Shown here one piece after another: positions 6,560-14,736 of a DNA stretch of 24,004 bases. The position numbers were made by a program, and so were the translations under genes. The first letter of the stretch is position 1; the number at the start of each line of letters is the position of its first letter. The notes below the pieces were generated by a model, which made no database searches, was not told the origin of the DNA, and saw only the letters and a list, made by a program, of their open reading frames with translations. Source of the DNA: a virus (Duplodnaviria > Caudoviricetes); the IMG/VR virus record IMGVR_UViG_3300048888_000036, positions 1 to 24,004 of that record, one strand, 5' to 3'.

Positions 6560-7434
6560 GCGATCCCTGCGCGTTTGCGGGCGACGTCTTCGATGTCGGT
6601 GACCGGGTACTGCTTGACCGTCGTTTCGGGCGACTCGTGGCGCAGCACAAGCTGTCGCTCTTCGAGGTCGAGGTTCTCGACGTGCTTCAGGATCCAGTGG
6701 CCGGTGTGCCGGGTCGTGTGGGGCTTCAGATAGCGGACGCCGGCCTGTTCGAGGCAGCGGCGATACCAGCGCGAGAACTCGCTGTGCCCGATCCCCGTCT
6801 TGCGGCTCCGGTTCAGCTTCGCCCGATACCAGAGGTGGTCGTCGGGATCCAACCGGAGGAGCAGGTCGAGGTCGGCGACCGCGGCCGCGGTCTGGGGGGT
6901 AATCGGGATGACGGCGTCCTTGCCGCCCTTGCCGTCGTACACCATCACCCGCAGCCGGTCCAGGTCGATGTGCTGGCGCTTCAGCTTGATGGCGTCCTCG
7001 CGGCGGAGGAGGGCTCCGAAGAGGAGCGCGAACAGGGCGCCGTCCTGCACCGGCAGCCCGATCAGCAGCGCGACCTCGGCCTCTGTGAAGAGGTGGGTGG
7101 GGCGACGCGGTCCGGCGGTCATCTTCGGGACGTCGATCATCGGGTTGCGGGAGCGGTCGATGTAGCGGCGACGTTCGCCCCACTCGAACCACTGGTTGTA
7201 GACCGACCGGCTGATGTAGCGAGAGCGGGGCGGCACCATCCTGAGCGCCCGGTTGACCTGCTCCGGTGTGAACTCGTCGAACCGCACGCCGGGATAGAGG
7301 CGCAGCAGGACGGCGACGCAGCGTTCGTAGTTGTGGATGGTGCGGGGCCGCTTGCCCTCGAGGTCGAGCCAGTCGAGCCAGGCGACGAGCTTGTCGAACG
7401 CCGCGGCCTGGTGGTGGCGGATGTCACGCGGCAT
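6556..7434 (-). CDS. Tyrosine recombinase/integrase (XerC/D-sized; start uncertain: 7434, 7473 or 7635)
   Basis: Catalytic set R (LLRRED), K (GKGGK), HxxR (PHTTRH), H (LRHES), Y (KQY). SAM-like N-domain (RPRTIHNYERCV). Confidence 0.92.
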   Translation of the reverse strand: MPRDIRHHQAAAFDKLVAWLDWLDLEGKRPRTIHNYERCVAVLLRLYPGVRFDEFTPEQVNRALRMVPPRSRYISRSVYNQWFEWGERRRYIDRSRNPMIDVPKMTAGPRRPTHLFTEAEVALLIGLPVQDGALFALLFGALLRREDAIKLKRQHIDLDRLRVMVYDGKGGKDAVIPITPQTAAAVADLDLLLRLDPDDHLWYRAKLNRSRKTGIGHSEFSRWYRRCLEQAGVRYLKPHTTRHTGHWILKHVENLDLEERQLVLRHESPETTVKQYPVTDIEDVARKRAGIA

Positions 7435-7638
7435 GTCGACCACCGCGGGTAAGTAGTCCTCGACGAGCTGCATGAGCTGCGTCGTAAGATCGTTGGCGCA
7501 TGGAAGATCAACCCTTCTGTGCCTGCCCCCGGCCGTTGCTGCGGTGCGGGGGCTATTTGTGTTGTCGGCATGGATGATAGTCGCCCAGCGGGGTGGCGGT
7601 AAATAGCCCGAACGGGTCGTGACGACGGCTTGCATGGG

Positions 7639-7872
7639 CTAGCCGTGCGACACCTCGCCGACCAGGCCGCTGTCGTTCTCGAAGAACCAGACCAGCGGTT
7701 TGCCGGTCGCCTCCGCGATCTTCACCAACAACTCGAGTGAGACCCGTTGTGTCCGGCCGGTCTCGTATCGGACAACGGTCGCGAGCGACACGCCGACCTT
7801 CCCGGCCAAAAGTTCCCTGGACAGTCCGGCCTCGTTACGAGCCCGGCGGATCTTCAGCGACAGATCGTCCAC
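7639..7872 (-). CDS. Cro-like XRE HTH regulator
   Basis: KIRRARNEAGLSRELLAGKVGVSLATVVRYETG; divergent from the CI-like gene; GAGGAG upstream. Confidence 0.9.
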   Translation of the reverse strand: MDDLSLKIRRARNEAGLSRELLAGKVGVSLATVVRYETGRTQRVSLELLVKIAEATGKPLVWFFENDSGLVGEVSHG

Positions 7873-7884
7873 TTGACTCCTCGC

Positions 7885-7913
7885 AATCTAGTAGTCATGA
7901 ATTGCGTAGTCAA
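7885..7913 (-). promoter_or_regulatory. Sigma70/HrdB-type early (lytic) promoter
   Basis: -35 TTGACT (7913-7908), 17-bp spacer, -10 TAGATT (7890-7885), directly upstream of cro. Confidence 0.75.
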
Positions 7914-7939
7914 TGCTGCATCATACGGCTACTACGCAA
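7891..7939. promoter_or_regulatory. Candidate operator sites
   Basis: Perfect inverted repeat TTGCGTAGT (7902-7910) / ACTACGCAA (7931-7939). Direct repeat GTAGTCA at 7891 and 7906 overlaps the promoter. Confidence 0.6.
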
Positions 7940-7972
7940 ATAGCGAAGACTCTCGGCAGGCTGCATCTCGTC

Positions 7973-8272
7973 GTGAGTTTCGATCCGCAAGGGGTCGGTA
8001 AGCGGATCGCCGCAGCCCGTAACAAGAGGGGCTGGACTCAGCTCGATTTCGCGTTGAAGGCGAACATCAGCCCCAGTTCGGTGTCCCGATGGGAGCGCGG
8101 CCTGCTGCCGCCGGTGCGGGAACTGGTGCGGATCGCCGAGGTGCTCGAGGTCGATGTCGCCGAGCTCGTCGAAGAGCAGGAGCAGCACCCACGGGACGCC
8201 ACGATCCTGTCCGAGCTCGAGAGCATCAAGAACCTCCTGCGCGAGCTGATCGCGAACCAGGCCAAGGAGTAG
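7973..8272 (+). CDS. CI-like immunity repressor (XRE HTH plus C-terminal coiled coil)
   Basis: GKRIAAARNKRGWTQLDFALKANISPSSVSRWERG. Likely start is the GTG at 7973; no S24 peptidase domain. Confidence 0.88.
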   Translation: MSFDPQGVGKRIAAARNKRGWTQLDFALKANISPSSVSRWERGLLPPVRELVRIAEVLEVDVAELVEEQEQHPRDATILSELESIKNLLRELIANQAKE

Positions 8273-8380
8273 ACCCGTCTGGACTAGCGGCCTCGGTCTA
8301 CTCTGGCCGGGACCACAAATTCGGCCCGGCGACGTCCGCACGCCCCCGGGCCATGACAACGGAAGAGGCTACGTCTCCCG

Positions 8381-8686
8381 ATGCACGCAAACTCTAGCCA
8401 CCGGTTCAAGTGGCTTGCGCTCGCCGCGGCTGTTCTGGCGGTGATGATGATCGCGCAGGCAAAGTCCAGCTCGAGCAGCAGCTCCAGCAACCAGCCGTCA
8501 TATGACGGCGTCGGAGCCGAACTGGTCTACGACCGAATCATGACCGAGACTGACTGCGCGACCTTGCAGCACGAGTTCGACGTTGCGTACTCGAACCATC
8601 GCGGCACCTCCGGCCCCGACCCGCAACTCAAGTACATGGAATGGGCGGACTGGCAGATGGAAGACATCGGGTGTTACGACGACTAG
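8381..8686 (+). CDS. Exported or membrane-anchored protein, lysogeny-oriented (101 aa)
   Basis: Hydrophobic N-terminal helix, poly-Ser linker, acidic domain with two Cys. Confidence 0.75.
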   Translation: MHANSSHRFKWLALAAAVLAVMMIAQAKSSSSSSSSNQPSYDGVGAELVYDRIMTETDCATLQHEFDVAYSNHRGTSGPDPQLKYMEWADWQMEDIGCYDD

Positions 8687-8859
8687 GGCTTGTCGCCGGG
8701 GTGTTCTTCGGAGTCGCGTTCGAGGAACACCCCGAACCTGACCCGGTGCATCCTTGGGTCGCGGGTCAGCCAGACGATCGCGACGAACCCCACCACCAGA
8801 ATCACGATCACGGCGGCAACCAGCGTCTGCCAGTTCAGGCTGACCGTCGCCGGGCTCAC
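8683..8859 (-). CDS. Holin-like single-TM protein (58 aa, not in the ORF track)
   Basis: [58 protein letters not shown]; GTGA-coupled to the endolysin; charged C-terminus. Confidence 0.65.
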   Translation of the reverse strand: MSPATVSLNWQTLVAAVIVILVVGFVAIVWLTRDPRMHRVRFGVFLERDSEEHPGDKP

Positions 8860-9782
8860 GGCTCCGCGACCCGGACGAACACCGTCCCCTGAGTCCCGAG
8901 CGACCGTTGCCGCCTCATTACGCTCCCGCCGTTGGACTGGTCGGCGTGTGAGGTGTTGCCCTCGATCGTCGAGAACAGTCCGGTCTCGAGCCAGCCCTCG
9001 AACAAGCCCACGTGGTCATAAATGGTGTCGAACGCCCAGTCGAAGGCCACCGCGTCCCCGGGGCGTGGGTCGTCGGTCGTCGTGAGGCCATGGAGCCCGT
9101 CGCGAGCGTCCGCTACTAAGTAGGGCACGTACGCGTACCGTTGGCCGCGAACGAAGGTCGGTGAGTCTTCGCCAACGTCGTTCGCACCGAGCTCGAAGCA
9201 CCAGGTGACGAACATGGCGCACCACGGGCCAACCTGGCCGTACCAGTCGGTGTACGGGGTGACGTTCGAGTTGGGGGGTTGTTCGGTGACCCCGATCTGC
9301 GTCGCGGCCCGCTCAAGCGCCGCCCCGCGCACCGTCCCCTTTGAGGGGGGTGCGGGCTCGTGGCCTTCGAACCTGGCCCATGCTTCGGCGATCAGCTCGA
9401 CCGCCACAGCGTCCATGGCGGGTTCGCCGGCGTGGGGGAGCTCGTCGGGGATCAGGATCGACCGCAGGGTGTTGAAGGTGGTTTTGCCGATCCAGCCGGT
9501 GTCGTCGATCTTCTGCTGCCGTTGGATGCCGGCGATGCCGGTGTCGGCGACATGCCCGCCTGCTTTGCCGTGCGCGAAGCTGTTCGAATAGCTGTCGTCG
9601 AACTGCTGCCACCGCCAGCGGCCGGCCCGTGAGACGGTGCGTTTGTACGCTTCGACGTCGGGGCCGTCAATCGAGGGGCGTTTGCCGTACCGGGCCGCGT
9701 CAGGCGGAAACAAAGGCCGGGGAAACCCGGCGACTTTGACCATCGGCGCCCCGGCATAGCCGGTTTCCCACCAGTCGGTCAT
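8856..9782 (-). CDS. Endolysin: N-terminal peptidoglycan-binding-like domain plus CHAP domain (308 aa)
   Basis: True start MTDWWE at 9782 (ATGA overlap). [22 protein letters not shown] (PG-binding-like); [21 protein letters not shown] (CHAP). Confidence 0.9.
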   Translation of the reverse strand: MTDWWETGYAGAPMVKVAGFPRPLFPPDAARYGKRPSIDGPDVEAYKRTVSRAGRWRWQQFDDSYSNSFAHGKAGGHVADTGIAGIQRQQKIDDTGWIGKTTFNTLRSILIPDELPHAGEPAMDAVAVELIAEAWARFEGHEPAPPSKGTVRGAALERAATQIGVTEQPPNSNVTPYTDWYGQVGPWCAMFVTWCFELGANDVGEDSPTFVRGQRYAYVPYLVADARDGLHGLTTTDDPRPGDAVAFDWAFDTIYDHVGLFEGWLETGLFSTIEGNTSHADQSNGGSVMRRQRSLGTQGTVFVRVAEP

Positions 9783-10930
9783 AGGCGGCCGTAGATGCGG
9801 AGCTGGGAGCCGGCGACGAGGTTGCCGCCTCCCTGCCCGGTGATCCTGACGCGGTTGATCGCGGCGGTCGAGTTCCAGAAGCCGCCGCCGAGCGAACGCG
9901 AGCCGCCGCCGGACGTGTTCACGCAGGCCATGCTGTCGTAGAGAACCGTCTTCAGCCAGGTCGTGGACGCGTACCCGATCAGGCTGACCGTGCTCGTCCC
10001 GAACGCGTTCGTGGCTGCCGTCGAACCGTCGACGCTGCCGACCGCGATGATCGAGTTCGGTGACGACTGTGCGTAGGCGGGTGTGACCCCGTCGAAGTTC
10101 GCGCGGTTGCCGTAGTAGTTGTTGCCGCTGTCGTTGTTGATTCTCAGCTCGAGGAGCCTGACGATCGAGCTGGCTGCGTCGCGGGCGGTCACGACGAGGA
10201 TCAGGTCGTTGTAGGCGCCGCTGATCGACGACTGGTCGAACGTGCCGGCGGCGCCGAGGGTGAGCGTGTACAGCAGCGTGAGAGCGCCGGCCGCACCGCC
10301 GGACGGGGTCGCCCATTTCACCCCGGCGGTTTGGGCGGCGTCGGCGGTCAGCACCTGCCCGTCGGTGCCGACCGGCAGCTTGGCGGCGGTGTCGGCTGCG
10401 GTCGCGACGGCCAGGTCGCCTTTGCTGTCCCAGATCGTGTCGGCCGCAACCCCGGGGGCGCTGGCCGGTGTTGCCCACTTCACACCCAGCGTCTGCGCCG
10501 AGTCGGCCGTCAACACTTGGTTGTTCGTGCCGACGGGAAGCCGGGCGGCGGTGTCGTTCGCGGACGCTGCGATCAGGTCGCCTTTCGCGTCCAACAAGGT
10601 CGGCGGGATACCTGTGGCGGGGGCGGCCGCCCATTTCACTCCGAGGGTTTGCGCCGAGTCGGCGGTCAGGAGCTGCCCGTCGCTGCCGACGGGGAGGCGG
10701 GCGACGGCGTCGGGGCCGGAGGCGGCGATCAGGTCGCCTTTGACGTCGACGACGCCGATCGGGACGCCGGCGGTGGGGGCGGCGAGCCAGGTGCCCCACG
10801 CTGTGCCGGACGACTGGTAGACAACACCGTCGGTCGAGGAGGCGTAGAGGGTGCCTGCGGGCACCGCTGTGGCGGCGGGGCGGGCGGCGGTGGTGCCGGA
10901 CAACACATGGTCGGCATAGCGGGTGGTCAC
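9779..10930 (-). CDS. Tail fibre / receptor-binding protein with three internal repeats
   Basis: Three copies of KGDL..A...D..A[RK]LPVG...Q.LTAD.AQT.GVKWA. The C-terminal beta domain ends GSQLRIYG. Confidence 0.85.
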   Translation of the reverse strand: MTTRYADHVLSGTTAARPAATAVPAGTLYASSTDGVVYQSSGTAWGTWLAAPTAGVPIGVVDVKGDLIAASGPDAVARLPVGSDGQLLTADSAQTLGVKWAAAPATGIPPTLLDAKGDLIAASANDTAARLPVGTNNQVLTADSAQTLGVKWATPASAPGVAADTIWDSKGDLAVATAADTAAKLPVGTDGQVLTADAAQTAGVKWATPSGGAAGALTLLYTLTLGAAGTFDQSSISGAYNDLILVVTARDAASSIVRLLELRINNDSGNNYYGNRANFDGVTPAYAQSSPNSIIAVGSVDGSTAATNAFGTSTVSLIGYASTTWLKTVLYDSMACVNTSGGGSRSLGGGFWNSTAAINRVRITGQGGGNLVAGSQLRIYGRL

Positions 10931-10943
10931 AGGTCTGCCCTCC

Positions 10944-11384
10944 TTAGAACGGCCCGTAGGTGGGGATCAGGTTGTCGGTGCTATCCCAGACGAGGTCGGG
11001 GACGCCGCCGACGACGGTGGTGAGCGGCATCCAGCCGGCCGTGTCGGCCGGGGATGCGCCGCCGCCGCCGCCGCTGCTTGCGAGCCAGGTCTGCCATTCG
11101 TAGCTGGAGTCGTCTTCGAGGCTGATCGCGGCCTGGTAGACGACACCCTCGTCGGTGGCGGCGTACAGGGAGCCGGGCTGAACCTCGGCGGGGTCGGGCC
11201 GGTCGGCGACCAAGCCGGTGAGGAGATGCGCCGGCCAGCCGGTAGCGCTGTCGAGCTCGCCGACGGCGAGGTCGAGGAGGTCGACGGACAGCTCGACCGC
11301 GTCCTGCTCCGCCAACGGTTCGCCGCGCAGGCCGCGGCCGACGAAGAAGAACGAGGCGCGGATAGGGTCGCCAGGCGCCGTCAT
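10944..11384 (-). CDS. Minor tail / fibre-associated protein (146 aa)
   Basis: ATGA-coupled start at 11384; shares the G..A.RP....PG.LYA..D.GVVYQ...W.TWLA module with the fibre N-terminus. Confidence 0.7.
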   Translation of the reverse strand: MTAPGDPIRASFFFVGRGLRGEPLAEQDAVELSVDLLDLAVGELDSATGWPAHLLTGLVADRPDPAEVQPGSLYAATDEGVVYQAAISLEDDSSYEWQTWLASSGGGGGASPADTAGWMPLTTVVGGVPDLVWDSTDNLIPTYGPF

Positions 11385-13354
11385 GTCGCGGGGAGCAACA
11401 GCTTGCCGGTTGTGTGGTTGATCGTGTCGGGGTCGTAGTGGTAGGTGACCGCCAGGTGCGGGAACCCGTTGTAGTCCGCGTCGAAGCCGCGGTAGGCGGG
11501 GAACCGGGCGGTGCTGAACCGCAGCAGCCACGGCGAGTCCTGCCAGGCCTGCATGCAGAGGTTCGCGCCCGCCGACAGGTTCGTGCCCGCCTCCAGCCCC
11601 CTGTACGGGCCGAAGCCGTATCCGGCCATGCCCACAGAGTCCTGGTAGTAGGCGCGTGAGTCGGTCGGGTTCATCTGCGGGTAGGGCGGCGTCATGTGGA
11701 TCGGTCGTGCGGGCCAGTCGCCCCAGATCGGGAACGGGTTGTCGGGGCTGCCGGTGCCGGGGCCGTCGCCTGCGCCGGTCGAGATCTCGGCCTCTCCCCA
11801 GAACCACCAGTTGGCGATCGCCCTGCCGGTGGAGCCGGCATGGGACCGCAGCACGGAGCCGGTGCTGAGATTCATGAACCTCGAGCCGCGCTGGTAGCCG
11901 TCCGCCGGAAGGACGTCGACTCCGGGTCTCGGCGCGGGCGGGGTCGGGCCGAGCGTGAGCAGCTCGATGTCGTTCTCGGGCAGGTACCTGGCGTCAAGCA
12001 CCGGGTACTCGATCGAGAACCAGCCCTCGACGTGGTGCTGCTCGGGGTGCAGAACGATGGCGTCGTCGATCCAGATGTTCATCGGCGGCGCGTCCGGCCA
12101 GGCCATGTCGGGGTTGATGTGCAAGATCCCGTTCTTCGCGGCTTGCATCAGCCCGCGGTCATCCTTCAATCGGGCGGTCTTCAGGATTTCGGCGTCGACA
12201 GTCGGCTCCCACGTGCGGTAGATCGTGATCGACGTGAACGGGACCCGCACCCATTTCATCGTCGGGACGTCGAACCTGCCGGGGTTCGGGTCGTGCAGCA
12301 CCACGGTCTCGACGTGTGCGTCGAGATGCCAGCCGGAGGAGGTGGTCGGCCCGCTTCCCGCGGGGTGGCTGCTGTCGGCGGGTGTCTCATCGACCGGGGC
12401 GGGGTTGACGCCACCCCCGGTGATTTCGACGGTCGGCGGAGCCCAGACAGGGTTGCCGTTCTCGTCGAGGGTAAGCACGTCGCCGGGCTGGACGGCGGCA
12501 CCCGTCTGGTAGAGGGCGGCAACATCGCTGTCGGAGAGAACCGAGCCGTAAACGGCGACCTCGTCGATCACGCCGTAGAACGACTGCCAGGTGCTGTAGG
12601 TGTGGAGGTCCCACCAGAACCCGCCGACCCGAACCGAGTTCGAGCCGCTGTAGGCCAGGCTCGATGTGTCCGCCACACTCGCGGCCAGCACACCGTTGAC
12701 GTACAAGCGGATCAGGGCGCCGTCGTAGGTACCGACGACCATCACGGTCTCGCCGGCGGTCACCGGCGGCGCCGTCGCCGAGTGGTAATGCGTCGCGTCC
12801 TGGGCGCGGAGGAAGTCGACTTCGAGGGTTGGGTATCTGACGCGGAGCCCCCAGCCGTTCAACGCGGCCGCACCGTTCATGTCGCCGACGGCGCCGCCCC
12901 AGAACGTGTGTGTCGCCGAGCCGGGTTGGATCATGGCAACGACGCTCATCGTGTGGGTGCCGGAAAAGTTGAACTGTGCGGCGCCACTCACCGTCGGGTT
13001 CTCGAGGAACTCGCGCTGCGGCGACGGCTCCGGCTCGTCCTGGTTGAACGCGACGGCGCCGTCGTCGGTCTCCGGCGGCAACAGACCGGGGGTGACGTCC
13101 TCGGTCATCGGCACCGACGTGCCGCCGAGCGTGCCGAGGTTGCGCTGCAGGTTGTGCGGCCCCATCGCGTTCCCGGACGTGTCTGCGTACGGCGAGCTGC
13201 CTTCGCCGAGCCGCCAGTAGCCGCGCAGATCGGGGAGAGCGAGGATCTGGGCGGGGAAGTTCCCGGCGGTCTGCGGCGGCAACAAACCCGGAACCGGGTC
13301 GGGGCCGCCGGGGACGTGCGTCAGGCCGTGCATGCGGGGATGCGGCGCAGACAT
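11381..13354 (-). CDS. Minor tail protein with a LamG/concanavalin-A-like domain
   Basis: GYWRLGEGS...VVGTYDGALIRLYVNGV...FYGVIDEVAVYGSVLS; N-terminal HxxxHxxGGxD motif. Confidence 0.85.
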   Translation of the reverse strand: MSAPHPRMHGLTHVPGGPDPVPGLLPPQTAGNFPAQILALPDLRGYWRLGEGSSPYADTSGNAMGPHNLQRNLGTLGGTSVPMTEDVTPGLLPPETDDGAVAFNQDEPEPSPQREFLENPTVSGAAQFNFSGTHTMSVVAMIQPGSATHTFWGGAVGDMNGAAALNGWGLRVRYPTLEVDFLRAQDATHYHSATAPPVTAGETVMVVGTYDGALIRLYVNGVLAASVADTSSLAYSGSNSVRVGGFWWDLHTYSTWQSFYGVIDEVAVYGSVLSDSDVAALYQTGAAVQPGDVLTLDENGNPVWAPPTVEITGGGVNPAPVDETPADSSHPAGSGPTTSSGWHLDAHVETVVLHDPNPGRFDVPTMKWVRVPFTSITIYRTWEPTVDAEILKTARLKDDRGLMQAAKNGILHINPDMAWPDAPPMNIWIDDAIVLHPEQHHVEGWFSIEYPVLDARYLPENDIELLTLGPTPPAPRPGVDVLPADGYQRGSRFMNLSTGSVLRSHAGSTGRAIANWWFWGEAEISTGAGDGPGTGSPDNPFPIWGDWPARPIHMTPPYPQMNPTDSRAYYQDSVGMAGYGFGPYRGLEAGTNLSAGANLCMQAWQDSPWLLRFSTARFPAYRGFDADYNGFPHLAVTYHYDPDTINHTTGKLLLPAT

Positions 13355-14736
13355 CAGGGGTCGGGGTCGCTGTCGAACGGGTTGGTGGTGTAGTTCGCCC
13401 TGGGTGACACGTCCAACTCCAAGTGGATAATCGGGGGTTGTTGGGGGGCGCCGGGGCCGCCGGGGTCACCGGTGTAGTGGATGCCTTCGACGTAGAAGTC
13501 CTCGTTGAAGCCGCCGCCGCCGTGATGCGCCGTCTTCAACGTGAGCAGGTCGCTGATTTCACAACGGCACATGTGGTCCCAGAGACGGTCGGCGTTCGGG
13601 GCGGTCGGGTGGCGGGCCTTGAAGACCAGCCTCGAGATCCTGGGCGCCGGGTCTTTGTAGTTCGTCACGTAGTAGGTCGCGAACTGTTTCGTTTCGACCA
13701 TCGAGTCGTTGCCGGTCGCCAGCCCTTCGACGGTTTGCAGCTGGTCGAACGTGATCGACCGGAGCCCGTAGGCGGCGATCGACGCGTCGTCTTTGACGTA
13801 CTGGCCGGCGACGTCGTCGTTGTCGGGCGGGTCGGGGTTGAGCTGCCGCCAGGTGTCGCCCGTCCCGACGCCTTGCGGCGTCGCCGAACAGGCGTTGAAG
13901 AGGTTGTCCTGGCCGTTCGACCATTCCAGCTCCGACACCGGAACCACACTGGTGTCGCCGGCCGTTGCGGACGGGTCGCCGACGGTACGGCGCTGGATGC
14001 CGTACTCGGCGACGTCCGGGCGGAACCGCGCCTGACGGCCGTGGACAACAAACTTTCCGTCCTTTGACATCCAGCCGTTCGCGACGCCGGGGAACTCACC
14101 GTCCAGGGCATCCCAGATCGCGTCGAGCGCAGAGGTGCCGGGGCCGTACGCTTTCGGTCCCAGCCTCACGTTGAGGGAGAAGACGTCGCGGAGCTCGACG
14201 GGCCAGCCGACGTCGCCGAGGATCGCGTGGACGCGGTCAGCGCCGGTCCCTTCGGTTTCGCCGTAGGCGACGTTGCCCTTCGCGATCTCCGCCGGCAAAG
14301 GAAGAGCACCGTCGATCCCGACACGCAACTCGGCACGCGCCAAAATGGCGAACCCGTCGACGAGCTGCAGCTCCAGCTCCATCCACTGGCGGGTCGGGGC
14401 CAACTGGTAATGCCACGATTCGATGTAGCCGCGGAACAGCGTGAACCAGGCGTGGGCGCCGGTCGGGTTCTGCAACGCGACCGCCGCCTGTTTCCCCGGC
14501 AAAATCTTGCCGTGATACGGGCTCGAGCCGTTGGTGGGGTCGAACAGCCCGTCCATGTCGACGATCCGGACGGTGGCGGTGCCGGTGCCGGTCTTCTCGA
14601 ACTCGTTCGGTCGGCCACGGTCGATCGTCCAGCCGCGGACGCGGCAACCCGTCAGGGTGTCGATGCGTGTCCAGGCCGGGTCGGGGGCCATCGGGTCGGC
14701 GTCGAAAGCGACCGAGACGCCGACAGGGTCAGCCAC
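13354..14736 (-). CDS. Tail tip / baseplate hub protein
   Basis: Follows the TMP; IDRGR...GTATV...DGLFDP.N..SPY, LFRGYIESW, SIAAYG.RS, FYVEGI motifs of siphophage hub proteins. Confidence 0.8.
   Translation of the reverse strand: MADPVGVSVAFDADPMAPDPAWTRIDTLTGCRVRGWTIDRGRPNEFEKTGTGTATVRIVDMDGLFDPTNGSSPYHGKILPGKQAAVALQNPTGAHAWFTLFRGYIESWHYQLAPTRQWMELELQLVDGFAILARAELRVGIDGALPLPAEIAKGNVAYGETEGTGADRVHAILGDVGWPVELRDVFSLNVRLGPKAYGPGTSALDAIWDALDGEFPGVANGWMSKDGKFVVHGRQARFRPDVAEYGIQRRTVGDPSATAGDTSVVPVSELEWSNGQDNLFNACSATPQGVGTGDTWRQLNPDPPDNDDVAGQYVKDDASIAAYGLRSITFDQLQTVEGLATGNDSMVETKQFATYYVTNYKDPAPRISRLVFKARHPTAPNADRLWDHMCRCEISDLLTLKTAHHGGGGFNEDFYVEGIHYTGDPGGPGAPQQPPIIHLELDVSPRANYTTNPFDSDPDP

Noticed and set aside
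5977-8380. dif-like site for Xer-type integration
   Set aside because: No ATAA-N6-TTATG-type 28-bp site was seen by eye in the spacers near the recombinase.
8856-10799. 647-aa endolysin and other N-terminally extended ORF-track calls (2676..3698, 4518..5237, 10944..11807, 18767..19447, 20391..21233)
   Set aside because: The extensions are Arg-rich off-frame readings of the upstream gene; the true starts sit at or near stop-start overlaps.
9779-13354. Diversity-generating retroelement acting on the fibre genes
   Set aside because: No reverse transcriptase and no adenine-specific TR/VR pair; the repeats are in-frame coding repeats.
11696-13393. Long plus-strand ORFs (e.g. 11696..13393, 14531..15868, 18955..20409, 20039..22240)
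   Set aside because: Antisense shadows of well-supported minus-strand genes in high-GC DNA; no motifs and typical shadow composition.
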